Source of the DNA: Acetatifactor sp.
GTDB taxonomy: Bacteria; Bacillota; Clostridia; Lachnospirales; Lachnospiraceae
Direction: 5' to 3'
Assembly (NCBI GenBank): GCA_045123675.1
Contig: JBGVKL010000086.1
Coordinates: forward strand, 29,860 to 93,859
DNA length: 64,000 nt
Shown here: positions 1-9,587 of the stretch, in pieces
Position numbering within the stretch: the first letter of the stretch is position 1
Layout: each line of letters begins with the position of its first letter
The notes under the pieces: generated by a model
The model's input: the letters and a program-made list of their open reading frames with translations, nothing else
Databases searched by the model: none
Told to the model about the DNA's origin: nothing
Program-made: the position numbers and the translations under genes

Positions 1-259
1 CAATATGTTCCATGGACAAAACGCTCTTTGCAATGGTTATAAATATCAAATGTGCTATTTGATCCTCATAATACAATTTCCCTACCGGTTTATTCACCAA
101 TCCCTGCTTTACATAGTTACTGACCATGGAGGAAGTAATCTCCATACAACCAAGGGGTTGCAAAAAACTGTTAATATATTTAACGGTCTGGTCCAAGTAC
201 AATCCCACTGCAGGTATTTCCTTATATCTTGGCAACCGGAAACCATCTATTTTATTCAT
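1..259 (-). CDS. DUF1836 domain protein, partial (3' end runs off the window start); not in the ORF track
   Basis: Manual translation from ATG at 259: MNKIDGFRLPRYKEIPAVGLYLDQTVKYINSFL...ITSSMVSNYVKQGLVNKP...Y...IAHLIFI. LPRY-EIP-GLYLDQ and TxSMVxNYVK are DUF1836 signatures; GAGG RBS upstream. Confidence 0.85.
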   Translation of the reverse strand, partial: MNKIDGFRLPRYKEIPAVGLYLDQTVKYINSFLQPLGCMEITSSMVSNYVKQGLVNKPVGKLYYEDQIAHLIFITIAKSVLSMEHI

Positions 260-287
260 ACCAAACCTCTATTTCCTATTTAACATA

Positions 288-1427
288 TTATTTTAAACAT
301 CTTTTTACGGTTATCTTTGAAATAATTATATCCAGCCCATAGACTACCACAATATAAACAAGCATCCACATACGGTAGCTTTGATTGTGTATGGCATTCA
401 GATAATAATATGGCGGCAACAAAATTTGTATGGGCCTTGCATTTACAGCACCCATAAAAATGGGCGATAGCGCCAGCATAAGTAACATCAGTACCGGAAT
501 CAGCGCTGCCAGATGTACCGGTCTCCTGCAAAGCCTCCGGACAACATCTGCAAATCCGGCAATCATCAACAGGTAAAGAAGCATTAATGCAAGCTCCGTC
601 CACCAATTCGTAAACATTCCCGCCAAAATCAGTGCCACCAGTACAATTGCACCCATATCCAACAATCCGGGGAGCTGATATAGCAGACTTCCTACCACAG
701 ATTTATTTAACGGCAGCCACGTAAAAACACCCTTCTCCTCATCCTGCATAAGATACAGACTGAAGGTAAGTCCGCACAAAGCAATGATTAAAGCCAAGAT
801 TCCTCTCATAGGGAACAACAAATAAGAAGTGTCTACATCCCCCTTACTTCCGTCCAAAAAGTGAAAGTCAAACAGATTTCCCTCAATATTTGTTTTATCA
901 TAGTGCTCCAGAAGTACCTCCTCGGATACACTGCCTTCCTGCGTCAGTTCCTCCTGTACAAACTGCGTGTACAATCCGTAGGAAACTGCCGGGTAAATTC
1001 TTCCAAACAATATTTCTCTGGACAATCGTAATGCTACGTTATCCTCTTTTTCCACTACGGTAATGATACCTTCCTCTCGCACATCATCTGCCAAATATTC
1101 CTCAATCGCTTCCTGTAAATCCTCCGGGAAAATCCATGCCACATCGGCCTTTCCGCTCTGTACCAGATGTTTTGCTTCCTTTTCGGAATCTGTTTCTATC
1201 AGATGCAGCATATTATCGTGTTCTTTCAAACCGCGGACCACTTCATCCACCAAGGCATCATCCTTTTCCTCCCGACAAAGCACTACATGCAGCATACCGC
1301 TATCCTGCTTTGTCATGAAGTGAACTCCGGCTACCAATACCGGAATACAGCACAGAATCACCAGAAAACTTATTCTTTTTAATAATCGCTTATTCAGTAA
1401 TGTAAACCATAAAATTATTCTGCGCAC
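288..1427 (-). CDS. ABC-2 type transporter permease
   Basis: N-terminal TM helix, large extracytoplasmic domain, ~5 C-terminal TM helices, LLPPYYY; follows a second permease and an ATPase. Confidence 0.85.
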   Translation of the reverse strand: MRRIILWFTLLNKRLLKRISFLVILCCIPVLVAGVHFMTKQDSGMLHVVLCREEKDDALVDEVVRGLKEHDNMLHLIETDSEKEAKHLVQSGKADVAWIFPEDLQEAIEEYLADDVREEGIITVVEKEDNVALRLSREILFGRIYPAVSYGLYTQFVQEELTQEGSVSEEVLLEHYDKTNIEGNLFDFHFLDGSKGDVDTSYLLFPMRGILALIIALCGLTFSLYLMQDEEKGVFTWLPLNKSVVGSLLYQLPGLLDMGAIVLVALILAGMFTNWWTELALMLLYLLMIAGFADVVRRLCRRPVHLAALIPVLMLLMLALSPIFMGAVNARPIQILLPPYYYLNAIHNQSYRMWMLVYIVVVYGLDIIISKITVKRCLK

Positions 1428-1454
1428 TTTTCTCCACCTGCCCTAAAAGGGGTA

Positions 1455-2693
1455 TTAACTCTTTGCCAGCTTTCTGCTTCGCAGCCACCATACTGCACCT
1501 ACAAAGAAAATCGTATACGCAACAACAGCAACGATTATGCCGGCACTTATTTCTTCCCTCATACATCCCGACGCATACTGTAATGCCACGCCGGAAGGAA
1601 GCACCTTCCCTATCCACTGCACTGTTTCGGGAAAGAAACTGCTTGGGTAAAAGCATCCTGACACATACCCAAGACCTACCGCCACCAAAAACTGAAGTAA
1701 CATTCCCGAAATAATATTATCTGTCAGCTCATGGAGCAAAAATGACATAGCCGTCAACATAATAAGGATGGGAATGAGCGACAAACCAAACCCAAACACT
1801 CTTTCAAAATCCACCGTTCTCCACTCCGGTACCCGAAGGTTGGCAAATTCACAAATACCGCCTAACAGTGCAAAAACGCTCAACATACAACACAATACCA
1901 TACACAGATATGCTATCCACTCTACCAGCACCTGAGTCAAGGCATTCACACCATTTGTGGTCAGAATCTTTGAAAGGGACATATCCTTTCTAACAAAAAT
2001 AGGACATCCGTTGATACCAAATATCATAAAAAAGAGTACCGCAAACCCACAAATATAATACCCTTGTGTAGACAATTGATTTGCTACTCCTAAAATTTCT
2101 ACCTCAAAAAGACTGGGTCTGTCCAATAAAAGATTAATGTACTGCATATTCAAATCGTTGGTTACATCCCAGTAAATATCCCGATAACCCAGCTCCAGGC
2201 ACAGACTCTGCATGCCGTAAATTCCGCTCTGGGACTTGGTAATCAGCTCTGAAATAATCATTGCCAGCTCATGCATGAGCATGGTTCCGATACCGGCCTC
2301 TCCGTTGGCGGCATAATATTTTATACTGTAATTTTCACCGCGTACCACCGAATCCACAAAGCCCTCCGGCACTACCAGATACGCCGTCAACTCTCCCTTT
2401 TCCAAAGCCTCCCTGGCTTCCTCTTCTTCCAGCATGTGAAAATTGATTGCAAATCTGGAGGAATCCAGCTGTTGCAGCGCCACAATACCGATACCCAGGT
2501 AACTGTCCTGAATATCTCCGCAGACACCGATTTCCACCATGGTCTGCTTATCGTCAGACAGCTTCTCTGAAAGCACTCCCTTTACTACCAGACCAAGTGC
2601 TCCCACCAAAACAAAGGTTACCAAAAAAACTGCCGGAAGGTGGCGAAGTACTCTCTTTAATTGAACTTCCAAATATCTTCCTGCTTTTTTCAT
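1455..2693 (-). CDS. ABC-2 type transporter permease
   Basis: Same topology; SGCFYP...LP motif typical of ABC-2 permeases. Confidence 0.85.
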   Translation of the reverse strand: MKKAGRYLEVQLKRVLRHLPAVFLVTFVLVGALGLVVKGVLSEKLSDDKQTMVEIGVCGDIQDSYLGIGIVALQQLDSSRFAINFHMLEEEEAREALEKGELTAYLVVPEGFVDSVVRGENYSIKYYAANGEAGIGTMLMHELAMIISELITKSQSGIYGMQSLCLELGYRDIYWDVTNDLNMQYINLLLDRPSLFEVEILGVANQLSTQGYYICGFAVLFFMIFGINGCPIFVRKDMSLSKILTTNGVNALTQVLVEWIAYLCMVLCCMLSVFALLGGICEFANLRVPEWRTVDFERVFGFGLSLIPILIMLTAMSFLLHELTDNIISGMLLQFLVAVGLGYVSGCFYPSSFFPETVQWIGKVLPSGVALQYASGCMREEISAGIIVAVVAYTIFFVGAVWWLRSRKLAKS

Positions 2694-2698
2694 ATCTA

Positions 2699-3367
2699 TT
2701 ACAACTGTTCCACCAGCTGACGTACATCACCGTCATAAGCGTAGGGAACCAGCTTACCTTCCTTCATCAAAAAACAACTTGTACAACGTTCTATTTCCTG
2801 TACATCATGTGTAACTAATAAAACAATTCCACCCTTACTCCGATAATCCGTAAGGTAGTCCCAAATCTTTTGCTTACATACCAAATCCAAAGCCGCTGTA
2901 GGCTCATCCAACAGAAGCACCGGCTGCTTTCCTGCTACTGCACAACCGATACTTAATCTTTTCTTCATACCACCGGACATTTTGCTTACCTGCACATTTA
3001 AAAAATCCGGAATCCCCAACATGGCCAGCACGCCGTCCGAAAGCTCCTTTTTTAACTCCTCTTTACCATACCACAACCGCAGATTATCCTTTGCTGTTAA
3101 TTCTTCAAAAAGCGGTGTTCCCTGCGGCACATAACCTACTTCCGAGCGATTCACACTCTTCCCGTTTAACAATTCCTTTCCATTTAGGCAGAAACTGCCG
3201 CCGTCTGCTTTTAATACTCCAGCTAAAATGGAGAGTAGTGTGGTTTTGCCACAGCCATTGCCGCCCAGAATTCCCACACAATCCCCTTTCTTTGCAGAAA
3301 ACGTAATGTCCTGCAATACCGGTTTGTTCTTGAACTCTTTCTTTACATGGCTGATTTCCAAATCCAC
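2699..3367 (-). CDS. ABC transporter ATP-binding protein
   Basis: Walker A GGNGCGKTT, signature MSGGMKKR, Walker B LLLDEPT, H-loop VTH. Confidence 0.95.
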   Translation of the reverse strand: MDLEISHVKKEFKNKPVLQDITFSAKKGDCVGILGGNGCGKTTLLSILAGVLKADGGSFCLNGKELLNGKSVNRSEVGYVPQGTPLFEELTAKDNLRLWYGKEELKKELSDGVLAMLGIPDFLNVQVSKMSGGMKKRLSIGCAVAGKQPVLLLDEPTAALDLVCKQKIWDYLTDYRSKGGIVLLVTHDVQEIERCTSCFLMKEGKLVPYAYDGDVRQLVEQL

Positions 3368-3452
3368 AACATACCCTCCATCTACTAGTCATTCATTATT
3401 TTATTGTTCTCTTTGTACAAGGATTTATCCTTATACCTTAAGTCGGTACTGA

Positions 3453-5219
3453 TTACATCATGCTGTCAAGAGCTTCCTCAAGCATATCAATGATGTCTCC
3501 GTCTACGCCAACTTTATCCTCTAACTTCTCAAGCAGCTTATCAAAGTCAACTTCATCCAACCAGTCTTCCATATCGTCGCTGTCGGTCATATCTACAACA
3601 TTCTTCTCAGAAGGAGCAGATACCTTGCTACCCTTACCGTCCTTGCCGGTTACAGCAACCTTAGCGAACATTTCATCACCATCATTTACAGTGATTGCCA
3701 CATCTGCCTTATCAGGGGTTACATTCATATCTACGACCAGACTGTAATCCATAATCATAGCAGTTGCATCCGGAGCACCGGCCATATCCATCAAAGTTCC
3801 CAAAGACTTAGAAGGCTTAATGGTATAGCTTCCTACGAACTCACCCTTCTTTGCCTTATCCATATCGTAGTTTTCGATAGTCATTTCAATGATAGAGTAG
3901 GTATCCATCTTCACTTCGAATTCACCGCTCAACTTGCCGCCACGGTCCTTACCTTCACCTTCAACAACCATCTTAACAACATCGCCGTACTCTTCGTATT
4001 CCATTACATATTCGTAACCGAAGTCAGAACCCTTCTTAGGCATAGCAAAGGTCATCTTCATACCGGGCATTTCGATTTCTCTACCGATTACTTCACCCTT
4101 GTTGTTTACATACACAACCATAAGGATTTCTTCATCGCCCATGTCAATGTCATCTACTTCATCCAATGCATCTTCAATAGACTCGATAAAGTTGTCATAT
4201 GCATCGTCTACGTCTACATCTTCACCGAATTCTTCAGCCATTGCCAAAGTATCCTTAATTAACTTCTCTAAGTCCTTATCCTCTGCCATTTCTTCCAAAA
4301 CAGCTTCAGCCATTGCCTGAACGGTGTCGGTATCAAAAGTAACTTCCAAAACAGTACACTTCTGAGAAACATCTCCGGCCTTTAATTCATCACTGTCTTT
4401 TTCAACATCTTCTACACAATCAAGTGCAATACCTGCATACTTGGTAAGTAATGCATCCAAATCCTTGCTTGCAGGCATATACTTTGCGATAGTTTCAAGC
4501 ATTTCCCAGTCATCTTCGTCAATAGAAATGCCCATATCATCAAAATCTGCACCAAAATATGTCTTGTTTAATTCCGGAATCTGGAAATAGATACCTTCTT
4601 CGTTACAATCGATGATTGCATTTGCAGAAATTACATCTACATTGTTGATTGCCAAAGCCACGTCTCCGCTGATGCCCATATCCTTTGCATTTGCTTTCAC
4701 GCCGATATCAGCACTTTCCAACCACTCAAAATCCATGCCGGAATAACCCAACAGGTCACGTAAATCTTCGCTCAGCTCTACCTTTACGTCAGCTTCTACG
4801 CTCTTATCGGTAATAGTCAACAGGTCTAATACATAGTTCTCATAGTAAGCCATGTACATATCGATTAATTCTTCTGCCTGCTGCTTTTCGATATAGCTGT
4901 AATACTTCTCCGGTGAAGAGAATGTCTTCTTAAAGAAGTGTGCCAGTGAAGAAGAACAGCATACTAACACCAACACAACAACCAGTGCAATACCGCCGAT
5001 TACCAATCCTAACTTCTTACCGGAAATACCCTTCTTTTTCTCTACCGGTGCTTCCTCTGCTACAGGTGCCTCTGCTACTACAGGTGCTTCCTCTACTACG
5101 GGAGCTTCCTCTACTACAGGTGTCTCTTCTACTACAGGTGCTTCCGGAACCTGCCATCCGCACTGTTCACAGAACTTGTCACCGTCACCCATCTGGGCGC
5201 CACATTTTTCACAAACCAT
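3453..5219 (-). CDS. Zinc-ribbon domain membrane protein with large acidic extracellular domain
   Basis: CEKC...FCEQC double ribbon, VVEEAP linker, one TM helix, acidic C-terminal domain; GGAGG RBS. Confidence 0.8.
   Translation of the reverse strand: MVCEKCGAQMGDGDKFCEQCGWQVPEAPVVEETPVVEEAPVVEEAPVVAEAPVAEEAPVEKKKGISGKKLGLVIGGIALVVVLVLVCCSSSLAHFFKKTFSSPEKYYSYIEKQQAEELIDMYMAYYENYVLDLLTITDKSVEADVKVELSEDLRDLLGYSGMDFEWLESADIGVKANAKDMGISGDVALAINNVDVISANAIIDCNEEGIYFQIPELNKTYFGADFDDMGISIDEDDWEMLETIAKYMPASKDLDALLTKYAGIALDCVEDVEKDSDELKAGDVSQKCTVLEVTFDTDTVQAMAEAVLEEMAEDKDLEKLIKDTLAMAEEFGEDVDVDDAYDNFIESIEDALDEVDDIDMGDEEILMVVYVNNKGEVIGREIEMPGMKMTFAMPKKGSDFGYEYVMEYEEYGDVVKMVVEGEGKDRGGKLSGEFEVKMDTYSIIEMTIENYDMDKAKKGEFVGSYTIKPSKSLGTLMDMAGAPDATAMIMDYSLVVDMNVTPDKADVAITVNDGDEMFAKVAVTGKDGKGSKVSAPSEKNVVDMTDSDDMEDWLDEVDFDKLLEKLEDKVGVDGDIIDMLEEALDSMM
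5041..5147. repeat. 18-bp coding tandem repeat (~6 units) encoding (V/A)(V/E)EEAP
   Basis: Repeated ctctactacaggtgcttc-like units; protein APVVEETPVVEEAPVVEEAPVVAEAPVAEEAP. Confidence 0.85.
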
Positions 5220-5277
5220 TTTTTACTCCTCCCTCCGAGGGTTCTTTCCCTCAGAATCATCAACAAACTACCCAACA

Positions 5278-5307
5278 AGTATACCCTTATCCTGCATTAA
5301 TTGTCAA
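5278..5307 (-). promoter_or_regulatory. Putative sigma-A promoter of the zinc-ribbon gene
   Basis: Minus strand TTGACA-N18-TATACT; the -35 box overlaps the spmA stop codon. Confidence 0.55.
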
Positions 5308-5936
5308 GATTCTCCGTTTTTTTCTTTGTAAATGCTTACATCCAAGGTCTTATAGGTCGTTTTATCGGCTATTTTGCAGAATATCACTCCCATCAAAGCA
5401 CTTACGGCCGTAGCAAATAAGGCCGGTCCCACAATCCCCGTTGGATTTACGCTTCCATATTGACTTCGATAGGCAATCATATTAACCGGTATCAGCTGCA
5501 AAGAAGATATGTTCATAATTAAGAAGGTACACATTTCATTGCTTGCAACATAATGGTTCCCCTTACGTACTTCGATTTTTTTCAGCTCTTCCATGGCTTT
5601 TAACCCTGCCGGGGTGCAAGCCCAGCCAAGCCCCAGCATATTGGTCACCATGTTGGTGGCAATATATTCCATGGCTTTGCTGTCACGGGGCAGGCGTGGA
5701 AACAAAAACTTTAATACCGGTCTAAGTGCCCCCGTCAGCTTCTCCACCATGCCCGCTGCTGTTGCAATCTCCATAAGCCCCATCCAGAATGCCATAACAC
5801 CCGCCATAGTTATGCATAAGGAAATAGCTTCTCCCGCACTGTCTAATGCCGCCTGCGTCACCGATGTAATGTTGCCGGTAAACATGGCATACACAATGCC
5901 TACAAGAATCATGGCAGCCCATAAATAATTTAACAT
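5304..5936 (-). CDS. spmA: Spore maturation protein A (nucleoside-recognition/Gate domain)
   Basis: MLNYLW start, FWMGLM, NMLGLGWACTPAGLKAMEEL, NISSLQLIP. Start moved to ATG 5936. Confidence 0.85.
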   Translation of the reverse strand: MLNYLWAAMILVGIVYAMFTGNITSVTQAALDSAGEAISLCITMAGVMAFWMGLMEIATAAGMVEKLTGALRPVLKFLFPRLPRDSKAMEYIATNMVTNMLGLGWACTPAGLKAMEELKKIEVRKGNHYVASNEMCTFLIMNISSLQLIPVNMIAYRSQYGSVNPTGIVGPALFATAVSALMGVIFCKIADKTTYKTLDVSIYKEKNGES

Positions 5937-6056
5937 AAATATCACCTTGAAATGTTGAAAATAACATTGTATTGTTATATTAACCATATGGTTTTGTTTG
6001 CAGATTAATGCATAGGAAAAGGTATAACCTTTTCTTCACAAAGGAGAATCTTAGAA

Positions 6057-6503
6057 ATGGGTTTCATCGGTTACATTATACTTGGAATCATCATAGCGAT
6101 ACTGTTAATTGTATATATATTGTTTTTACTGACGTACCTTAGTACTTCAAAGAAATATAAGGCTGCCTCGAAGGTTAACGGCCAAATCACTGACGATTTA
6201 GGCCCGGTGAAAAAAGCAGTAGGCGGTGTTGCCATCGGCGTACCCAGATACCGGGTATTTCACAAATACAGAGTTTCCTTTTATCTGAATGGAAAAGAAT
6301 ATTCTGAAGAAACAGAACTGAAAGACAGCTACCTGAACATCGGCGATTCTGTAGAGCTTCGGTATGATATTTCCAAAGAAGGGGAAATAAAGTTACGGTC
6401 CGAGGCATTTCTTTATTGGAGTAAGGAAATGGCAATCGGCTACACTATCGGACTACTTCTGGGCATTGTGCTAAGTATATTAAAGGCCAATGATTTGATT
6501 TAA
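6057..6503 (+). CDS. Hypothetical membrane protein (DUF3592-like topology)
   Basis: TM helix, small beta-rich domain ending IGDSVELRYD, TM helix; AAGGAG RBS. Confidence 0.6.
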   Translation: MGFIGYIILGIIIAILLIVYILFLLTYLSTSKKYKAASKVNGQITDDLGPVKKAVGGVAIGVPRYRVFHKYRVSFYLNGKEYSEETELKDSYLNIGDSVELRYDISKEGEIKLRSEAFLYWSKEMAIGYTIGLLLGIVLSILKANDLI

Positions 6504-6527
6504 ATATAAAGAGAAAGGATGATTATC

Positions 6528-7391
6528 ATGGAACCAGCAAAAGTATATTTTATAAAAGACATTACACCGGACAATATGATTAAAATTTATGAAGCTTTGA
6601 ATAATCCGCTTCCCGGCAAAGTGGCAGTAAAACTTCACTCCGGCGAGGTTGGCAATCAGAACTTCATACGCCCTGCATTTATGAAGCCTGTTATCGAGCA
6701 TGTACAGGGAACCATTGTGGAAAGCAATACCGCTTATGAAGGCAAACGCAATACCACCAAAGAACACTGGGAAACCATGAAGCTTCACGGATGGACAGAC
6801 ATTGCCGAAGTGGATATTATGGATGCCGACGGCGAACTTGCTTTGGATATTCCCGGCGGCAAACGTATTCAGACAAATTATGTAGGCAGTCATATGACAA
6901 ACTATGACTCCATGCTGGTACTTTCTCACTTTAAAGGACATCCTATGGGCGGCTTCGGCGGAGCGCTGAAAAATATTTCCATCGGTATCGCCTCCTCCCA
7001 CGGCAAAGCATATATTCACGGTGCCGGAGAACCATCCAAAATTTGGACAGCAGACCACGACTCCTTCCTGGAATCCATGGCAGATGCCTCTAAGTCCATT
7101 GTTGATTATTTTGCCGGCAAAATGGCTTTTATCAATGTGATGTGCAATATGTCCATAGATTGTGACTGCTGTGCTGTGGCAGAAGACCCTGCCATTGCAG
7201 ATATCGGTATTTTGGCATCCTTGGACCCGGTAGCTTTAGACCAGGCCTGCTTAGATTTAGTGTATGCTTCGAAAGATCCGGGACGCGACCATTTGTTAGA
7301 ACGTATCGAATCCCGAAACGGTGTGCATACCGTAGAAGCTGCCGCTGATTTAGGTGTGGGTCGCAGGGAATATGAATTGATTGAGTTGTAA
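6528..7391 (+). CDS. DUF362 domain (putative Fe-S) protein
   Basis: VAVKLHSGE, LSHFKGH-MGGFGGALKN, DCDC and SLDPVALDQAC motifs. Confidence 0.85.
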   Translation: MEPAKVYFIKDITPDNMIKIYEALNNPLPGKVAVKLHSGEVGNQNFIRPAFMKPVIEHVQGTIVESNTAYEGKRNTTKEHWETMKLHGWTDIAEVDIMDADGELALDIPGGKRIQTNYVGSHMTNYDSMLVLSHFKGHPMGGFGGALKNISIGIASSHGKAYIHGAGEPSKIWTADHDSFLESMADASKSIVDYFAGKMAFINVMCNMSIDCDCCAVAEDPAIADIGILASLDPVALDQACLDLVYASKDPGRDHLLERIESRNGVHTVEAAADLGVGRREYELIEL

Positions 7392-7393
7392 AT

Positions 7394-7439
7394 GTAATAC
7401 AAAAGAAGAAGCCCCTATCGGGGGCTTCTTTTGTATTAC
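7394..7439. terminator. Bidirectional intrinsic terminator between convergent DUF362 and GH31 genes
   Basis: GTAATACAAAAGAAG(AAG)CCCC...GGGGCTTCTTTTGTATTAC inverted repeat with A/T tracts on both sides. Confidence 0.85.
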
Positions 7440-9505
7440 TCATAAATATTGTATTCTTTGCCTTCTCTTACAAATACCGGAATAATATCCATGGGTGCGG
7501 GTACCGTTACGTACTGGCCGCCTTCGTATACTTCCTTGGTATTGGCATCGGTCCACTTGCAGCCTGCCGGCAAATAAACCTTACGCTCTCTTGCTCCCTC
7601 TTCCATGACAGGCGCCACCAGCAAGTCCGGACCAAACATATATGCATCTTCTACATTCCAACACTGCTTATCCTCTGAAAAATCAAAGAACAGCGGACGC
7701 ATTACCGGCGCACCGGTCTCGCTTGCCTGCTTCATGCACTCACGGATGTACGGACGAAGTCTTTCACGGATAAATAAGTACTTACTCAAAATCTTGTAAT
7801 TTTCTTCGCCAAAGCTCCAAACTTCATTGTCCTGACCGGAAGTCAGCTGACGCACATTGTTGATAAATTCCTGCTCTCTTTCATACCATGGTGAACGTTC
7901 TCCATGCATACGGAATACCGGGCAAAATGCCCCCCAGGCAAACCATCTTACAAGCAGCTCTTGGAAATGCTCATCTTTAATATTACCGCCCAAGAAACCG
8001 CCGATATCAGAGGTCCACCAGGGAATACCTGCTACACACATATTAAGGCCGGCCTGCAGCTGCTCTCTCATGGCACGGAAGGAAGAATGAATATCACCGG
8101 ACCAGGTCAATACACCGTACTTCTGGCTGCCTGCCCATGCACAACGTACCAAGCTCATAATCTCGGTTTCGCCCTCTGCCTTCAAACCATCATAAAAGCC
8201 CTTTGCATAGCCTACCGGATAAGTATTGGTACACTGTAAAGCAGGACCTGCATAATAGCGATAATTATCAAAATCATAAGGACCGTACTCCGGCTCTGCC
8301 TCATCTAACCAGAAGCAACGGATGCCCTTCTTGTAATAGTTCTCTTTACACTTCTCCCAGACAAACTTCTGTGCACCAGGATGAGTGGCATCATAGAATA
8401 CCGTATTGCCCATCCATGACATGTGGTAGGAGTTACCTCTGTCCGGTGTTACCAGATAACCTTTGTCAGCCATTTCGCCAAAGTTTTCACTACGTTCATC
8501 AATGGTAGGCCATACGGAAACTACCGTTTCAATGCCCAATTCCTTCAGTTCCTTTACCATGGCATCCGGGTCCGGCCAATCTCTTGGCTCAAACTTAAAG
8601 TCACCCTGCATGGTCCAGTGGAAGAAGTCCACCACGATAGCATCCATAGGAAGACCACGGCGTTTGTGCTCTCTGGCTACTGCCAAAATTTCCTCCTGGG
8701 TACGATAACGCAGCTTGCACTGCCAATATCCCAAACCATATTCCGGCATCATAGGAGTACGTCCGGTAGCTGCGGAGTACTGTTCCTCGATTTCAAAAGG
8801 AGTATCTCCTGCAGTAATAAAGTAATCCATCTTCTTGGTACTCTTTGCATACCACTCGGTCTTATTGGTAGCAAACGTAGCGGTACCGATGGCCGGGTTG
8901 TTCCAGAAGAAACCATAGCCTCTGCTGGAAATCATGAACGGTACACTAGCCTGAGAGTTACGATGTGCCAGCTCTAAGCATGCACCCTTTTTATCCAAAT
9001 TCTTCTCCTGATACTGACCCATACCGAAAATCTTCTCATCTTCGAAGGCTTCAAAACGTGCCGTCAGTTCAAAATCAGTACTTCCCTGAATGGGCTTCAA
9101 CTCACGCGCATCTACACGAAGGGGCACACAGTAACGGTTGATACGATTACGGTTACGCCAGTATTCCTCCGTCAAAAGCTCGCCCTTCTGGTTATAGTAG
9201 CTAATCCAGCCCTCTGGGTTAATCTTGGCAGTAATCTTGCCGTTCTTCACAGTATAAACCTTACCTGTAGAATGATAATGTGCAAACTCCTCGGTGGCAT
9301 ACCAAGGATCCGTAGTATCGATTTCCTCTACGGTAATTTCTGCCTGACATTCCTCTACCTTTTCTGTCAATGCCCAATCATTGGCATCCATCACCGGCTC
9401 TCCGGTCATACGTACACGGAAAGAATTCTTTCCCCATGGCTCCAGCCACAGAGTCTGCTTTCCATTGCCTATAATAAGGCGATTGTTTTCTACTGAAATA
9501 TGCAT
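7436..9505 (-). CDS. Glycoside hydrolase family 31, likely alpha-xylosidase
   Basis: WQCKLRY, nucleophile WLDEAEPE, acid/base WSGDI, FRMHG, YMFGPDLLVAP. AGGAGG RBS before ATG 9505; no signal peptide. Confidence 0.9.
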   Translation of the reverse strand: MHISVENNRLIIGNGKQTLWLEPWGKNSFRVRMTGEPVMDANDWALTEKVEECQAEITVEEIDTTDPWYATEEFAHYHSTGKVYTVKNGKITAKINPEGWISYYNQKGELLTEEYWRNRNRINRYCVPLRVDARELKPIQGSTDFELTARFEAFEDEKIFGMGQYQEKNLDKKGACLELAHRNSQASVPFMISSRGYGFFWNNPAIGTATFATNKTEWYAKSTKKMDYFITAGDTPFEIEEQYSAATGRTPMMPEYGLGYWQCKLRYRTQEEILAVAREHKRRGLPMDAIVVDFFHWTMQGDFKFEPRDWPDPDAMVKELKELGIETVVSVWPTIDERSENFGEMADKGYLVTPDRGNSYHMSWMGNTVFYDATHPGAQKFVWEKCKENYYKKGIRCFWLDEAEPEYGPYDFDNYRYYAGPALQCTNTYPVGYAKGFYDGLKAEGETEIMSLVRCAWAGSQKYGVLTWSGDIHSSFRAMREQLQAGLNMCVAGIPWWTSDIGGFLGGNIKDEHFQELLVRWFAWGAFCPVFRMHGERSPWYEREQEFINNVRQLTSGQDNEVWSFGEENYKILSKYLFIRERLRPYIRECMKQASETGAPVMRPLFFDFSEDKQCWNVEDAYMFGPDLLVAPVMEEGARERKVYLPAGCKWTDANTKEVYEGGQYVTVPAPMDIIPVFVREGKEYNIYE

Positions 9506-9587
9506 GTTTTTCCTCCTGTTTCCTGCTGATAAAGCAGATATTTTCATTTCTTCGGCTTATTTTCGCTGCCCGGAATAGTCCGAAAGA

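Noticed and set aside
5-283. 92-aa plus-strand ORF at the window start
   Set aside because: The minus strand encodes a recognisable DUF1836 protein here.
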